Source of the DNA: Macrostomum lignano
Lineage: Eukaryota
Direction of reading: 5' to 3'
Length of the DNA stretch: 64,000 bases
Assembly (NCBI GenBank): GCA_002269645.1
Contig: NIVC01000245.1
Span: forward strand, 620,001-684,000
Notes under the pieces: model-generated
Database searches by the model: none
What the model saw: only the letters and a program-made list of their open reading frames with translations
Told to the model about the DNA's origin: nothing
Shown here: piece after piece, positions 39,601 through 51,672 of the stretch
Position numbering within the stretch: position 1 is the stretch's first letter
Layout of the letters: each line of letters starts with the position of its first letter
Made by a program: the position numbers and the translations under genes

Positions 39601-42600
39601 GTAGGCGATTATATGGGAGCTGAGGGGCGATTCTTAATGGCTTTGTAGGCGATTCTATGGGAGCTGAGGGGCGATTCTTAATGGCTTTGTAGGCGATTCT
39701 CGAAGGGAGCTGAGGGGCGATTCTCGAAGGGAGCTGAGGGGCGATTCTCGAAGGGAGCTGAGGGGCGATTCTCGAAGGGAGCTGAGGGGCGAGCTGAGGG
39801 GCGATTCTCGGAGGGAGCTGAGGGGCGATTCTCGGAGGGAGCTGAGGGGCGATTCTCGGAGGGAGCTGAGGGGCGATTCTCGAAGGGAGCTGAGGGGCGA
39901 TTCTCGGAGGGAGCTGAGGGGCGATTCTCGGAGGGAGCTGAGGGGCGATTCTCGAAGGGAGCTGACGGGCGATTCTCGGAGGGAGCTGAGGGGCGATTCT
40001 CGAAGGGAGCTGACGGGCGATTCTCGGAGGGAGCTGAGGCTGACGGCATTGCAAGTATCTAATAGCTGGAATGGCTCAAGTCTGTTTCCTCCTCACCCTG
40101 CTAATAGGCGGTCCCCGTCGCCGCCGGTTCTGTCGCTTCCGATTCTGCAGACTCAGCCGTCCGTGAGGCCCGCCGCCCATGGAGTAGGTGGTGTTGGTGG
40201 CGCTGCTGAACCGGCTGCTCTCGGCGTCGTCTTCGCTGTCGAAAAACGAAGTGGTGTCCAAATCGCTTGACAGCATGCTGCTGGCCGACTCGTAGGTTGC
40301 CGATTGGGAGCCGCCAGCCTGGTTGCCATGGTGATGGTGGTGATGATGCCGGGAGTTGTACACTCGGCCAACGTTGATTCGCTGGGCTGTCAATGCGAGG
40401 ATAGAATAATTTCATGGACTATTGATTTCCAATTCATGGACTATTGATATCTAATTAATGGACTGTTGGTTTTTAATTCATGGACTGTTGATTTCTAATT
40501 CATGGACAGTTGATATTCATGGACTATTGATATCTAATTCATGGACTGTTGATTTCTAATTCATAGACTGCTGATTTCCAATTCATGGACTATTGATATC
40601 TAATTCATGGACTGTTGGTTTCTAATTAATAGACTGCTGATTTCTAATTCATGGACTGTCGATTTCTAGTTCATGGACTGTTGACTTCAATCAGCTCACC
40701 ATGCTGTTTATAATCGTTGAAACTTCTCAATGGCGCAACCCGGTCGCCTCGCTGGGAGGCGCTGTAGACGCTCTCGGAGTCTGTGCAAGAGTCGCAGCCA
40801 TTGTCGTCTGCTCCGCCAGCAGCAGAACCACTCGCTCCAGCGCCTGCGGCGCCACCTCCGCCGCCGCGTGCACCATCGACAGACTGCTGCTGCTGTTGAC
40901 CGTCGGAGTTAACGCTGCCTTCTGCGTCGGCGGAAACCAGCTAAAAATTGTTGGGGGGGGGGGGGGGGACGACGACTTGCATTAAGTTTGTCACCATTGA
41001 TCAAGTCTCAGGCGCTTGGAACAGAGGCCTAATTTGGCGCCAGAAGAATCTGAAGATTTACCGCCTAGAATTGAGACTGGATTTGGCGCCAGAAGAATCT
41101 GAAGATTTTGCCGCCTAGAATTGAGACTGGATTTGGCGCCAAAGAAACTGAAGTATTTAACTGCCTAGAATTGAGACTGGATTTGGCGCCAAAGAAACTG
41201 AAGATTCTAGCGTTTAATTGTCCTGGTCTTATAAGACTGTTTATATGGTGATTATAATTGCAAATACATTTCGATTTAAAAGAAGCATAACTTACCCAAG
41301 ATACAACCCGACCATTGCAACATGGCAGATTTGCATTATCGTCTGTGATCTCCTCTTTAACCACTCTAAAATTGAATTGAAAAATAGTACATGCCAGTAA
41401 TTAAAATGCAATGATAAGATATAAAATACCGACATTGATGTAAACACAGTACAGAAAAAAACTTGTCTTTTGGAAGTTGTTTCTTTTAGTTTTATTTTGC
41501 ATTTAACTTTCTACACAAAATCAAGTTTTTTTATTGAATTCTGCCTAATAAATTGTAAACAATTATTGTCATTTTCATTTTTATTTTATAATTAGAGTAT
41601 GGCTCTGATTGTCCACATAGTACTATAGTCTATAGCTCTGTTCTTATTTACATTGGTGGTATAACTGTTGTTAAGATAGGCTTTCAATAAATTATAAAAC
41701 AATAAAATTAGATATCAATGTTAAAAAATACCTAAATGTGACTAGTAAAATGATTTCAATTATACAAATATTAATAAAGCTACATAAATAGTCTATAAGC
41801 ATTTTCCATTCTCATTCTTACTTAGTTATTTTATATTATATTAGTTTTTTTGTAGATTTTAAACAAAGCATTTTATTATTTTAGCATAGCATTTTATAGC
41901 ATATTACAAAAAGTTATAGCATTCATTAGAATATTTTGGAGAATGAGCCATTCGCTTTCTATAATCACTTTGTATCCTAGTAGGAAATATTTGTCCTAGC
42001 AAAATCTATATTTCTAATATGCCAAGTGATAATTGGAAGCAAGATCACTATAGTTTGATCCTTAACTAGCACTATGATACATTTCCAAGTGCCACACTTT
42101 GCAAATCCTAGCCTCATTGGCCAGGCTGGTATAAACCCTGATAAAATTTTTAGTGCATAAAATAGGACTCATCTATTTTGACCTCTTGAATAGGGCCTCC
42201 AAGTTCAATTGGATGATCAATGAGTACTTGGGCATAGATTTCCCTAATGAAATTATGCCAATCAATAAGAGTTTCTTGGTAAGCAGCTTTTCCTTGCTTT
42301 ATCTCAATTAACCACCAGTAGATAAGCTAGACTAGCCATATCAAGCTGAGCTTTAAGGCCTTAAATAATAAGCCTTTACTAATTAAAACCTACAACCAAC
42401 AATCCTTGCAATCCTAGGCAAATCCATTGATATACCAATTATCTGTTGAACATTAAAGGCACATGATGCTTTCACTAGCTAGACAAACACTAAAGTGGTA
42501 TTGCTTCTAAATTAAATGATATATTACTAGCCAATTGATTGTTGACCACATATTGTAGCCCACAACCAAGATTAAAAATAATATAGTTCTAGTTAATTAG

Positions 42601-44263
42601 GTCAACAATGTTCCAAAAGAAATTTGCTATCTAGTGCAAAAGGACAGGTGTACAATAGAAAATTTTATTATATACCAAGGCTGGCTCTCATATATCATTG
42701 ATACTTGCAAGTGCTCTTTATTTTATATCATTTATATTATACTGAATATATCATTGGTATTACTCATGGTATGCTACTATGCTAGTACTTAATTCTAGCT
42801 AATATGCTAGAAAAAATATTTTTAAAAATAAAATTCTTTTTTATGATTAAAATTAGGAATAATTATTATATTTTTATTTAATAAAAAGGCATTAACACAT
42901 TTTGATCATTATTGTCACAAAAATGTATATCTTAATACTTTTGTATTTAGGTCTTAGGCCTATTTGTTTGTTTTGTTTTAATCCTACATTTTTGCAATTA
43001 TTTAAAAAACTGAAAATTTGCCTTATTAAATACTGTTTAGACTCTAGAATGCAATTCATCCTATAAATAAAAATATATTATGTGTAGAAAGTAAAAAAAA
43101 TAATTGTGCATATATAGTAGCAATACCTTATTTCTAGGAAATGTTGTTTTTTAAATTAGTGCACAATGAATTTCTTTTGTTTTACTATGCAAAATATTTT
43201 TTGTGTGAAATTTGTTATAAATATGTGATATTCTTAGGCCTAGTATATAAATAGTAACCAGTCATTTTGCCCATAAACTGTTTCAACCATGGACATTTTA
43301 GCCGCTACACCCCATATTCAGGAAGGTGTCCTATATGCTGGAAAATTCCAGCATACATTTACATTAGATAAATTTTGGCATACATTATTGGCGTGCAAAT
43401 TTTGGTATGCCATGAAATGATTGGCATACCTATTGGATAGCATCCTTGTATGCCATACAAAGGGTTATTGTTTAAATTGCTTTGTTGTGTCGTGATAATA
43501 CAATACTAAAATATGTGAAGTCAAAAAAATTGATTTTAAAAATCTTTTTAAGTTATCTTACTTTTTTAGAATTTTATGCTCAAGGGGAAATTTATTTATA
43601 AAGTAAATTTGCAGATATAATCTAAAATCCCCTTGCTTTTAATGAGTACAATTTTTACTTTGTTTATTAACACTCATTCTCCGCTACGGTTTAAAAAAAT
43701 ATTAATCGTAATTTTTTGGCGTACAATTTGGCGTACCTGTAGAGTTTGGAAAATCAAGTTCCAAAAGATTGGCGTATATCAGCCTACACATGAAGCCTTT
43801 CCTCGGCGTACATTCCAGGGTGTATGGGACACCTTCCTGACTATGGCCTACACCATTTTGCCCACAGACCATTTTGTCCATAGACCATTTTGGCCATGGA
43901 CCATTTCTAAATCTGGACTATGGCCTTTGGCCTATAGCCAAACTGGTTTATAGGCAAAATGGACTATAGGCGAAATGATCTAGGGGACAGTTTGGGGACA
44001 AAACAACTAGAATTTATATAAATAGAAGCATATTTCAGGATCAGTTCATTAAGACATTGACTCAATTGAGTTGAGTTTGATATTTCACAAAACAAGACTT
44101 ACCCAAAATCAGCATCAACTGATTTAAAGAAAAATTTATAATTAGGTCGATTCAGCTCATTTTTAAAATCGCCCAGAGTTGCTTTTTCAGGTGGAATTGG
44201 CAATCTAATCAAGTATGGTGTGTCCTCATCATCAATGTGATAAATTATTTTTGTTTCCTCCAT
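34827..44263 (-). CDS. dvl: Dishevelled (DIX-PDZ-DEP), 8 coding exons, ~755 aa
   Basis: Exons 44263-44103 ([18 protein letters not shown]...[10 protein letters not shown]), 41365-41296 ([23 protein letters not shown]), 40940-40700, 40386-40097, 39556-39028 (PDZ: [32 protein letters not shown]), 38707-38519 and 36961-36383 (DEP: [45 protein letters not shown]), 35035-34827. All GT-AG, phases consistent, total 2268 nt. The last exon is the least certain. Confidence 0.93.
35045..35845. repeat. Minisatellite, 26 bp unit (tgattcttagaaaatgagagcatgta), dvl intron 7
   Basis: Direct reading; starts next to the exon 8 acceptor. Confidence 0.95.
37030..38400. repeat. Minisatellite, 34 bp unit (gagaataagaggtagatgggtgagaaagtagata), dvl intron 6
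   Basis: Period 34 (37111 to 37145); source of the 473-aa and 230-aa spurious ORFs. Confidence 0.96.
38735..38960. repeat. Minisatellite, 32 bp unit (aatctaatctcacttgataatcttccatgagg), dvl intron 5
   Basis: Period 32 (38871 to 38903). Confidence 0.93.
39590..40035. repeat. Minisatellite, 24 bp unit (gggagctgaggggcgattctcgaa), dvl intron 4
   Basis: Period 24 (39721 to 39745). Confidence 0.95.
40410..40685. repeat. Minisatellite, 22 bp unit (aattcatggactgttgatttct), dvl intron 3
   Basis: Period 22 (40431 to 40453). Confidence 0.93.
41030..41205. repeat. Minisatellite, ~50 bp unit, ~3.5 copies, dvl intron 2
   Basis: atttggcgcc recurs at 41032, 41081, 41131, 41181. Confidence 0.9.
43312..43846. 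mobile_element. Possible MITE (~535 bp) in dvl intron 1
   Basis: Imperfect TIR CCATA(T/G)TCAGGAAGGTGTCC(T/C)ATA at both ends; flanks gctacacc / cctacacc (7 of 8 identical, TSD-like); internal ggc(g/a)tac repeats. Confidence 0.5.
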
Positions 44264-46494
44264 TCAGAAAACAGATGGTTAACCCTGTACTGATATCCAC
44301 ACCACAGGCAGATAGTTGTAGAATATCTGCAAAGAATTCTATCGGAGTCTAGTTAGACAAATAAAGTAATGTTAGAAATCAGTAAAATAAGCCCGAAAAG
44401 TAAAATCTAGGCACAAAATCGGCCTAGCGTCGTGACTTTAGTCTTTGGTGACTCGCCAGATGCTATCAATACGAAGACCCAGCTACACAGGAGATTTAAC
44501 TTAACTATGTTGAAGCCATTAATCACAATAATCAATACTTTGTAAACTGATAATTCCAAGAGTGAAAAAAAACAGAAATAAATAGTAATAATTGAAAATA
44601 AGCTCACAAAGTCAAGGCTACTCTGCCTACGCTACGTACTTCTCTGTAGTTTATACGCCAGCGGTTGAGTCATTTGACCTATTTAATTATCCAAGAAGTT
44701 CAAAAATTAGAAAAATAAACTATCAAATTTAGGCAAATTTTGGCTTTAACTAAATACATTAAAAAAAGTTTTTGAAAATAAAGATTTAAGTCTAGAAATC
44801 AGTTACAGAAATGTTGTTTTAAATAGTATTAAAATTAACCGGCTTCTCAACGCTTTTTAACAAATTTAGAAATTTAAATCTTCTACACCAGAGTCCATAT
44901 CTAGTAAACTGACACCCGTTGGCCTGGGTGATTTTTAGTCTCCTAACTAAGCAGCAATAAAAGCCAACACCCACAGCATTGCAAAACAGAAGCAGCGATT
45001 CGTGTCCCAGGTGTCTGGGAACGTACAGGTACGTTTATAGATCTTAAACGTTAAATATAATTGCACGCAATTTTTATGAGAGACAGCTAAGGGGCTGTGT
45101 GCACAAAACGACGAGAGGCATTACAATTCCCGACTCACCACAAACACATACCTAGCCTGTATTCGCTAGCTGCAGTCCGCTGCATGTTGGATATTCATCT
45201 TAACATTTACATGTACTGTATGTATCGCGACAAGATTATATCAATTATAGATAGAGCTATAAGAAATGAAAGATGAAAGATCGTAGATCAAAAGATAAAC
45301 GCTGTGACGTTGCCAGTTTAAGGTGGTCCCGCAAAAGGGCCGTTGGACTACTATTTCACTACAATTTTTCATTTAATATTCTCCAATCGTGTATTCTCAC
45401 GTTTACTTGTAGTAGCGCCCAACGAATCTGTATCAATTGCTAATCATTGTTTAGCAATTTGGTACCGGCGCTCGCCAGACAATCGTTGTCACGCACTGGG
45501 ACCGCTGATTCTTTGCATTGTTTTTCTGTTTGACGATCCTACAGACAATGCATTGTTTGTAGTAATGGATTGTTCTGCATTAAAAATGTGAATAATGATC
45601 GTCAAATTGCTAAACAATGATAACTCTCCGCATATATTATGCTAACCCTCCTGCGCTCCTTTATTAACCCCGCCTGGCGGCGGACTGGGGGGTTTTCACT
45701 TGCGTTTCTTGCGTTCCTTCCTTGCGTTCCTTTCTTTGTGTTCCTTCCTTTGCGTTCCGATCCTTTTCTTCCTTTCCTTCTCTCTCCTTATCTCTCGCCA
45801 CGGCTCCACTCCGTCTGGGCCAGGCTTGTTTACACATTCTTGCTCCACCTTGTACTGCCACGGGCTAACGCCCAATCCCGCCACTACTTGTCTGCTTGTC
45901 TACTTGCTACTCACTGCCATCACTGTGCTCACCGCCATCACTTACTACGTTGCGTCGCCACTGCATCCTTCGTCAACTACTTGACTTCATAATTTCAATT
46001 ACATCAACCCGTTGTTGCAGCCGCCAGTGCTCCAGAACGCTATAAGCTTTGTATTGACATTAACCAATAACGACAATACCCTACTCTCCTTGCATGGATA
46101 AATCATGGATGAAGCATCCATGATGCCATGTATGGATCATACCTGAACATGTATGGAGCCATACCTGATCATACATGGTTCCACGTAAACTTCATCCATG
46201 GTTACTTTCCATCCATGTACATTGATGTATGATTTTAAATATAATTTTCCTTACTACACTACTGTTAGTAGAACGCAATGTTTGCGTAGGTTCATTTTAA
46301 AGCTGAAATTTTCTAAACAAATTCGGCAGCATCTTTAGTGCTGCTGAGAAATATGTTTCCATTCCCTTATAAATCACTTTCAAAACAAAAAAGTATCAGA
46401 ACAAATACTTATGCAATTAAATGTAGAAGTAATTGAAAACTCGTATGATGACAATTTCGAGACTTATATTATTAATGATAATTAGGCATAATTC

Positions 46495-47042
46495 ATTTCA
46501 AAGTACTGTAAGAAAAAATAAGACAGCTCAGTCTCAGAGAGCTTTAAAATACAGAATGGACAGAATTTGACGCATTTCAAGGTACTGTAAGAAAAAATAA
46601 GACAGCTCAGAGAGCTTTAAAATACAGAATAGACAGAATTTGACGCATTTCAAGGTACTGTAAGAAAAAATAAAACAGCTCAGAGAGCTTTAAAATACAG
46701 AATAGACAGAATTTGACGCATTTCAAGGTACTGTAAGAAAAAATAAAACAGCTCAGAGAGCTTTAAAATACAGAATAGACAGAATTTGACGCATTTCAAG
46801 GTACTGTAAGAAAAAATAAAACAGCTCAGAGAGCTTTAAAATACAGAATAGACAGAATTTGACGCATTTCAAGGTACTGTAAGAAAAATAAAACAGCTCA
46901 GAGAGCTTTAAGATACAGAATAGACAGAATTTGACGCATTTCAAGGTACTGTAAGAAAAAATAAAACAGCTCAGAGAGCTTTAAGATACAGAATAGACAG
47001 AATTTGACGCATTTCAAGGTACTGTAAGAAAAAATAAAACAG
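46495..47042. repeat. 73 bp tandem repeat, ~7.5 copies, inside the EnSpm element
   Basis: cagaatttgacg recurs at 46561, 46634, 46707 and onward. Confidence 0.93.
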
Positions 47043-47371
47043 TAAATTTTACTGAACAGTCAATAAATAGAATTAGCCGAATTCGGTACGCATTAAGGGC
47101 AAGGGCCGACTAATCCTTTACGAAACGAAGTTAATGCTGCATTAGTCAATTATTTGCGCACAGAAACTTGGAGATTTTGAATATGGAGAGATCGGACAAA
47201 GAGAGGTAACGGTGGGAGTCTGAGAGGGAGGAAGTTGGGCATCTGGAAAGTTATTCTGATTCCCTGATGGTTTTATCTTGGTCATGGAGCATAATTTTAT
47301 TTTCTGCCAGACTTTGCAGCATTAATAATAAAATAATCGGATCTAAGGTACGGACACATACTCGTACCTTT

Positions 47372-49672
47372 TTAATCATGTTCAAACTCTTTGAACAATG
47401 GCACAGCGCAATAACAGTCTTTGCTGAACGATTCTACTGGAACAGCGATGCAGGGTCGATCGACCTCTGAAAAATTAACTATACGTTCGCGTCTGGCCGA
47501 TCTGGGCGCATTAGACAGGGATATCAATACAAAATTGAATGTCGAAGACTTTTTGAACATGGATTCCAGCAATGCTTTCCAATTAAGTAAATCGATGGGG
47601 AAAGTTGCTGCTGGTACTCGTAAAACAAAATCAAACAGCGAACCAATGGGATCCAAAATTTGCACTCGAATAGTATTAGGCTCGAGGAACTCTGCAATAG
47701 TGCAGATTTCGCCGGACTTCAATTGGCAAAGATGGTTAGAATTTTTCGACGCACAAGCTGAGCTTGTCGAGAAAAAATGTCCATTAAAATAAGCAAGTGA
47801 GTTTCGAAGAATACCATGTGGCCTGGATGGCTCTAAAGATATAGAGTTAACTGCATCCACTACAATAGAGTCCTTAACACAAGAAAAGTAGTGATGTAGC
47901 AACTTTTGAAACAAAAACTTGCGAACAAGCTGTGGGCCAAATGACACAGTTCCGCATAAGAACTTTTTGAACATGCCAATGGAGCTCTCAAATGCGAACA
48001 TAGAATAATTAAATACAGGTCCGTACAATTCGTACTGTTCAGCCATATGCAAAAGCAGGTGGAAATTAAGGCGGAGTACTTTCGGTCCGAATATTTGCTG
48101 AGCATTGGAGATAAAAGCTTTGCATAGCTTTTCGATATCAGTCTTATTTGATTGGGGGCTATACAACATGTGATAAATAAGAACTAAATTAGTTAACAGC
48201 AGTTTCAATGGAAAATGCGAAATTCTCTGCAAAAACGTAGGAAGAAGAAAGTATAGCGCAAAGTTTTTAAAATGCTTTGCTTTCCAATCTGAAAAGCCTT
48301 TAAAATTTGTGTTGATTGTGATGCTAGAAGGAGTTATAGATTGACGAATACAATTAGATATGAAATCCATGCAATTAGCTGAGCAAAAATACAACTCGCG
48401 CCTGTTTGCAGGTAATGACAGCTCTTCTAGTAGATACTTGGTGTGGCCTTCGAAAAAGCAGTGTAAACTGTCAATAGGATTGCAGCTGGGAAACGGAACA
48501 TAGTCTAACAAGCAACTGCGCATCTTTACGCCAAAAACAGGCCGATTTCGAATTTGTGCGAGCCGACAGTGTTCAAGATGGGAAGATGGGTTTCTCAAAG
48601 GAAACAAGTAGCCTTCACCATAGCGGAAGATCCAGTTTTTACCTTTCTCGGATACTTTAAAGCTCTCACCTGGGTGCAAGCACCTAGGACAGCTAAACGC
48701 ACCATTGTACTGGTGAATGCAGAAGAGCTTAGCAAGAGCGGGCAAGTCACAAACAAAGAGTGTGTAATGGACATGAACGGTGTATTCCGAGAATATAAAC
48801 TGTTTTGGCAAATTGTTCATAATTTCAGACAGAAAAGACTGGAAATGCGGGACTGCCTTCGATGAAACAAGAGCAATTAGAATTAAATTTGCAAAGCGTT
48901 GACGGATGTAAACAGGAAGGTTTAGAAGTTGAGCCTGAAATGGCCAAAAGCTACTCTGAACAGATTCAAAAAAATTGGCGCCATCAGCTGAGATTAGAAG
49001 ATGCAAGTGAAGCGACTTGCCAGAAGATAGGCTTAAGCCTTGTTCTTTAACTATTTTGGAATTCAAAACGTCTGTGTTTTTATCCTTTTGCAATTCTTGC
49101 TCATACTGCAGAATAGTTGAAGTGTGGCTGCTTAAGATAGTCCGCAGCTGTGGAACAATATTGAGCTGTGTCACAGCAACCTTTGACTTTGGGGAATGAA
49201 CCTGACACTGGCTTTTGCATTCTGGGCAAAAGCCAAATTCAGACACGTCACTATCATCAAGAGGGCAAGTATCTTGAATCAATGATTTGAGCAACTTGAC
49301 GCTATTTGGAAGAGCTAGAGAATCTCTACTAAAAATAGAAAGTAGCTTCAGGAGTCTATCAAGAGCAGCCTCTGAAACTCCGGAAGTAATTGCCCACTGA
49401 AAAATCAGAGCCGCCTGCACACTGGGATCTGAGATGGAAGCCAAATTCGCTAAGCTATCTGAACTCTCCTCAAGCACAGGCACAGCATTGTTTTCACCAA
49501 TAAAAGTTTCCACAGCGTCAGGACAGCTGTGCGAGTGCGTTACACCGGCTTCGCTTGAAATTGAACTCCTATTACTTGTAGAAAAACTATTTGAGGGAGA
49601 AGAAATCGCCTGACAAGAGTAGGCTGAGTAATTAGTAGAAAGAGAGTGCTCAGATTCTGATTTACTAGACAT
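47372..49672 (-). CDS. EnSpm/CACTA Tnp2 (Transposase_21-like) DDE transposase, 766 aa
   Basis: Uninterrupted ORF with FCPEC, ADGANFF, SFWP..LLNLP, CDLPA, NGAFSCPRC, DSLH, WKAKHFKNF..Y, NFHLLLH, YGP...SMFAFESSIG, typical of CACTA transposases. Confidence 0.88.
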   Translation of the reverse strand: MSSKSESEHSLSTNYSAYSCQAISSPSNSFSTSNRSSISSEAGVTHSHSCPDAVETFIGENNAVPVLEESSDSLANLASISDPSVQAALIFQWAITSGVSEAALDRLLKLLSIFSRDSLALPNSVKLLKSLIQDTCPLDDSDVSEFGFCPECKSQCQVHSPKSKVAVTQLNIVPQLRTILSSHTSTILQYEQELQKDKNTDVLNSKIVKEQGLSLSSGKSLHLHLLISADGANFFESVQSSFWPFQAQLLNLPVYIRQRFANLILIALVSSKAVPHFQSFLSEIMNNLPKQFIFSEYTVHVHYTLFVCDLPALAKLFCIHQYNGAFSCPRCLHPGESFKVSEKGKNWIFRYGEGYLFPLRNPSSHLEHCRLAQIRNRPVFGVKMRSCLLDYVPFPSCNPIDSLHCFFEGHTKYLLEELSLPANRRELYFCSANCMDFISNCIRQSITPSSITINTNFKGFSDWKAKHFKNFALYFLLPTFLQRISHFPLKLLLTNLVLIYHMLYSPQSNKTDIEKLCKAFISNAQQIFGPKVLRLNFHLLLHMAEQYELYGPVFNYSMFAFESSIGMFKKFLCGTVSFGPQLVRKFLFQKLLHHYFSCVKDSIVVDAVNSISLEPSRPHGILRNSLAYFNGHFFSTSSACASKNSNHLCQLKSGEICTIAEFLEPNTIRVQILDPIGSLFDFVLRVPAATFPIDLLNWKALLESMFKKSSTFNFVLISLSNAPRSARRERIVNFSEVDRPCIAVPVESFSKDCYCAVPLFKEFEHD

Positions 49673-49721
49673 AAAAATAGCAATTCAAATATTCAAAAGT
49701 TACTAGAATTTTTTCCGCAAT

Positions 49722-51672
49722 TCACGGTCCCATTCGCCTTGAGCGGGAAATGGAATCCCCTGACTCGGGTCCAGAAGCAGCAGTTGAAGTTCGCTTTCTC
49801 GCCCGTGTCTCCTCCCTGGCCAGCTGATTGAGATGGTCTCGTACAGACTTCCAGATTTCGTGGAAGTCGTAGCCAGATGTTCGATAGCACAATTGAAGCA
49901 AACCTGAAAATTCACGAGTATAGTAAAATATTTTTACAATAGACATTGTGTACTGTGTTTATAGTAGAAATAGGCTAAATTTAAAAGGAAGTTGATTTAT
50001 GATGCTAATCATTAAATAGGTCAATGGGATGTATTGAACTTTAGAACTATTTTTCCTCAATTTCTTTTATCTCAGACCTAAATGTGTTTTTTTAGAAAAT
50101 ATCCCAAGTATTGGATTCAGATCATTTAGCATTAATTAGCCTAAATTGCTTTATAATAAAAAAATTGCACAAAACTGTGAAAAAATTATATATATATATT
50201 TACGTTGAAACTCTGTCACATGCTCAGATGGAGCAGGCCTTCGGGAACTGCGAGCACCACAGGATGAATCGATTATATGCTCAAGCAAGTAGCCTTCGCC
50301 AAATCGCAGCTTGATATACCTTCGGAGGAACACCTTAGGATCGTTGCAAAGAATTGAAGACAGCTCAGCTAGGGAACCATCAATGCACCTAAATTCCTAA
50401 AAAATGTTATTATATAGTAGAACTTTTATACTACAGACGTGATGCTGCTGATGCTAAGAAAAAACTGACATACCTCATTTTGGTATTCTTTAATTGTTAG
50501 CATTCCACCAAAGTTGTCATCCTTTTTTAAAAGTCGGCATATCCTTGCAGCAAGACGCTTCTCAAGAGAAAGCAACTCGGATTGAATGAACAGTTTTAGA
50601 TCTAGAGTAAGATATATGCTCATATATAAAAATATGGTGATTTTGATTTTTAATAATGTGATTGTATCATATTAAAAAAATAAAATTATACCTTTCATTG
50701 TTGCATCCGATTCACTGTTTACTATCTGTACCCCTCGGAGGGGTTGCACTTCTTGAATTGCACCTAGTGATAAAAAAGGCTTATTGCTACAAAAATATTG
50801 ACTCATTTGGTATTTGGTTTTCAATTAGGTGTAATAGAATATACAAACTTGATTCCAAGAGGCCTGTGGCACGAGCTTGCTCATTTTCAACCAAAGATGC
50901 CTCTCTCTCAAATGCAGAAATGGCTTTTTCTAAAAAATAATAATTAATCAAATAATACAACAAAAAAAACAAATTGCAAACAATTAATAGTTCATATATA
51001 TTGCAGTTTTACCCATTGATTGAGTAGCTGGTATCGCCAAATTTGGTTCGCCACTTTCACTATCCACTTCATAAAGCTCGTCAAGTAGTCCATGCTGATG
51101 ACAACTAGAACTTGAAGCAACCTGCTTTGAACTAGATGACCTTATTGTCCTTACATTTGCAATGCCAGCTTGGGGATCTTTCATTGCAAAAAGCTCAATA
51201 GCTTGGCTAATCAATGAATCAGTATTTTCAGCCTCACTAACCAAGTTGGAAAGTTGGTTCATAGTTGAAGCCATTTGCCTTTCACTACCTTTTGCCACAA
51301 GTGTAGCAGAAAATAGTTTGCCATACATGCGTAAAAAGACTTTAGTCCCCTAAAATATAATTTAATAAAGTAATATTACATTTGTAGTTGGAATAATTTG
51401 TTTTAGAAACCATGTACTCAATAACAAAATATTATGCATATAAATCCAACTTAAAATCTTACTTGTGCAAGTTCCAACTTTTCATCATTAGTTATTGTAC
51501 TTGGCCAATAGGGAGACCCAAATGCAATGGTCACATATTGCTCATCATGGCCAACATTGTGAAGAATAAAGCAGAAAAACAATGCTGAATTGTCATTTCC
51601 AAATTTAGAAGTACTTTTTGTCTGCTTTCGAAGAGGCCTAGAATTAGATGCACTTAATCCAATATCATCCAT
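49722..51672 (-). CDS. Transposon accessory gene, 7 exons, ~400 aa, C-terminal BEN-domain-like region (TnpA analogue)
   Basis: Hand-spliced exons 51672-51463, 51349-51013, 50929-50849, 50763-50692, 50601-50474, 50396-50204, 49903-49722; all GT-AG, phases compatible, 1203 nt, no internal stop. C-terminus PKVFLRRYIKLRFGEGYLLEH..G..S.RPAP....RLLQLC...F.EIWKSVRDHLNQLAR..RARKR resembles BEN by eye. Confidence 0.7.

Noticed and set aside
45480-46000. Possible solo LTR (pyrimidine-rich, short ttgcgtt repeats)
   Set aside because: Could not define TG...CA ends with a TSD.
47421-49199. Plus-strand ORFs overlapping the EnSpm transposase (likewise short ORFs antisense to the GPCR, aminopeptidase and channel)
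   Set aside because: Shadow ORFs with no recognisable motifs.
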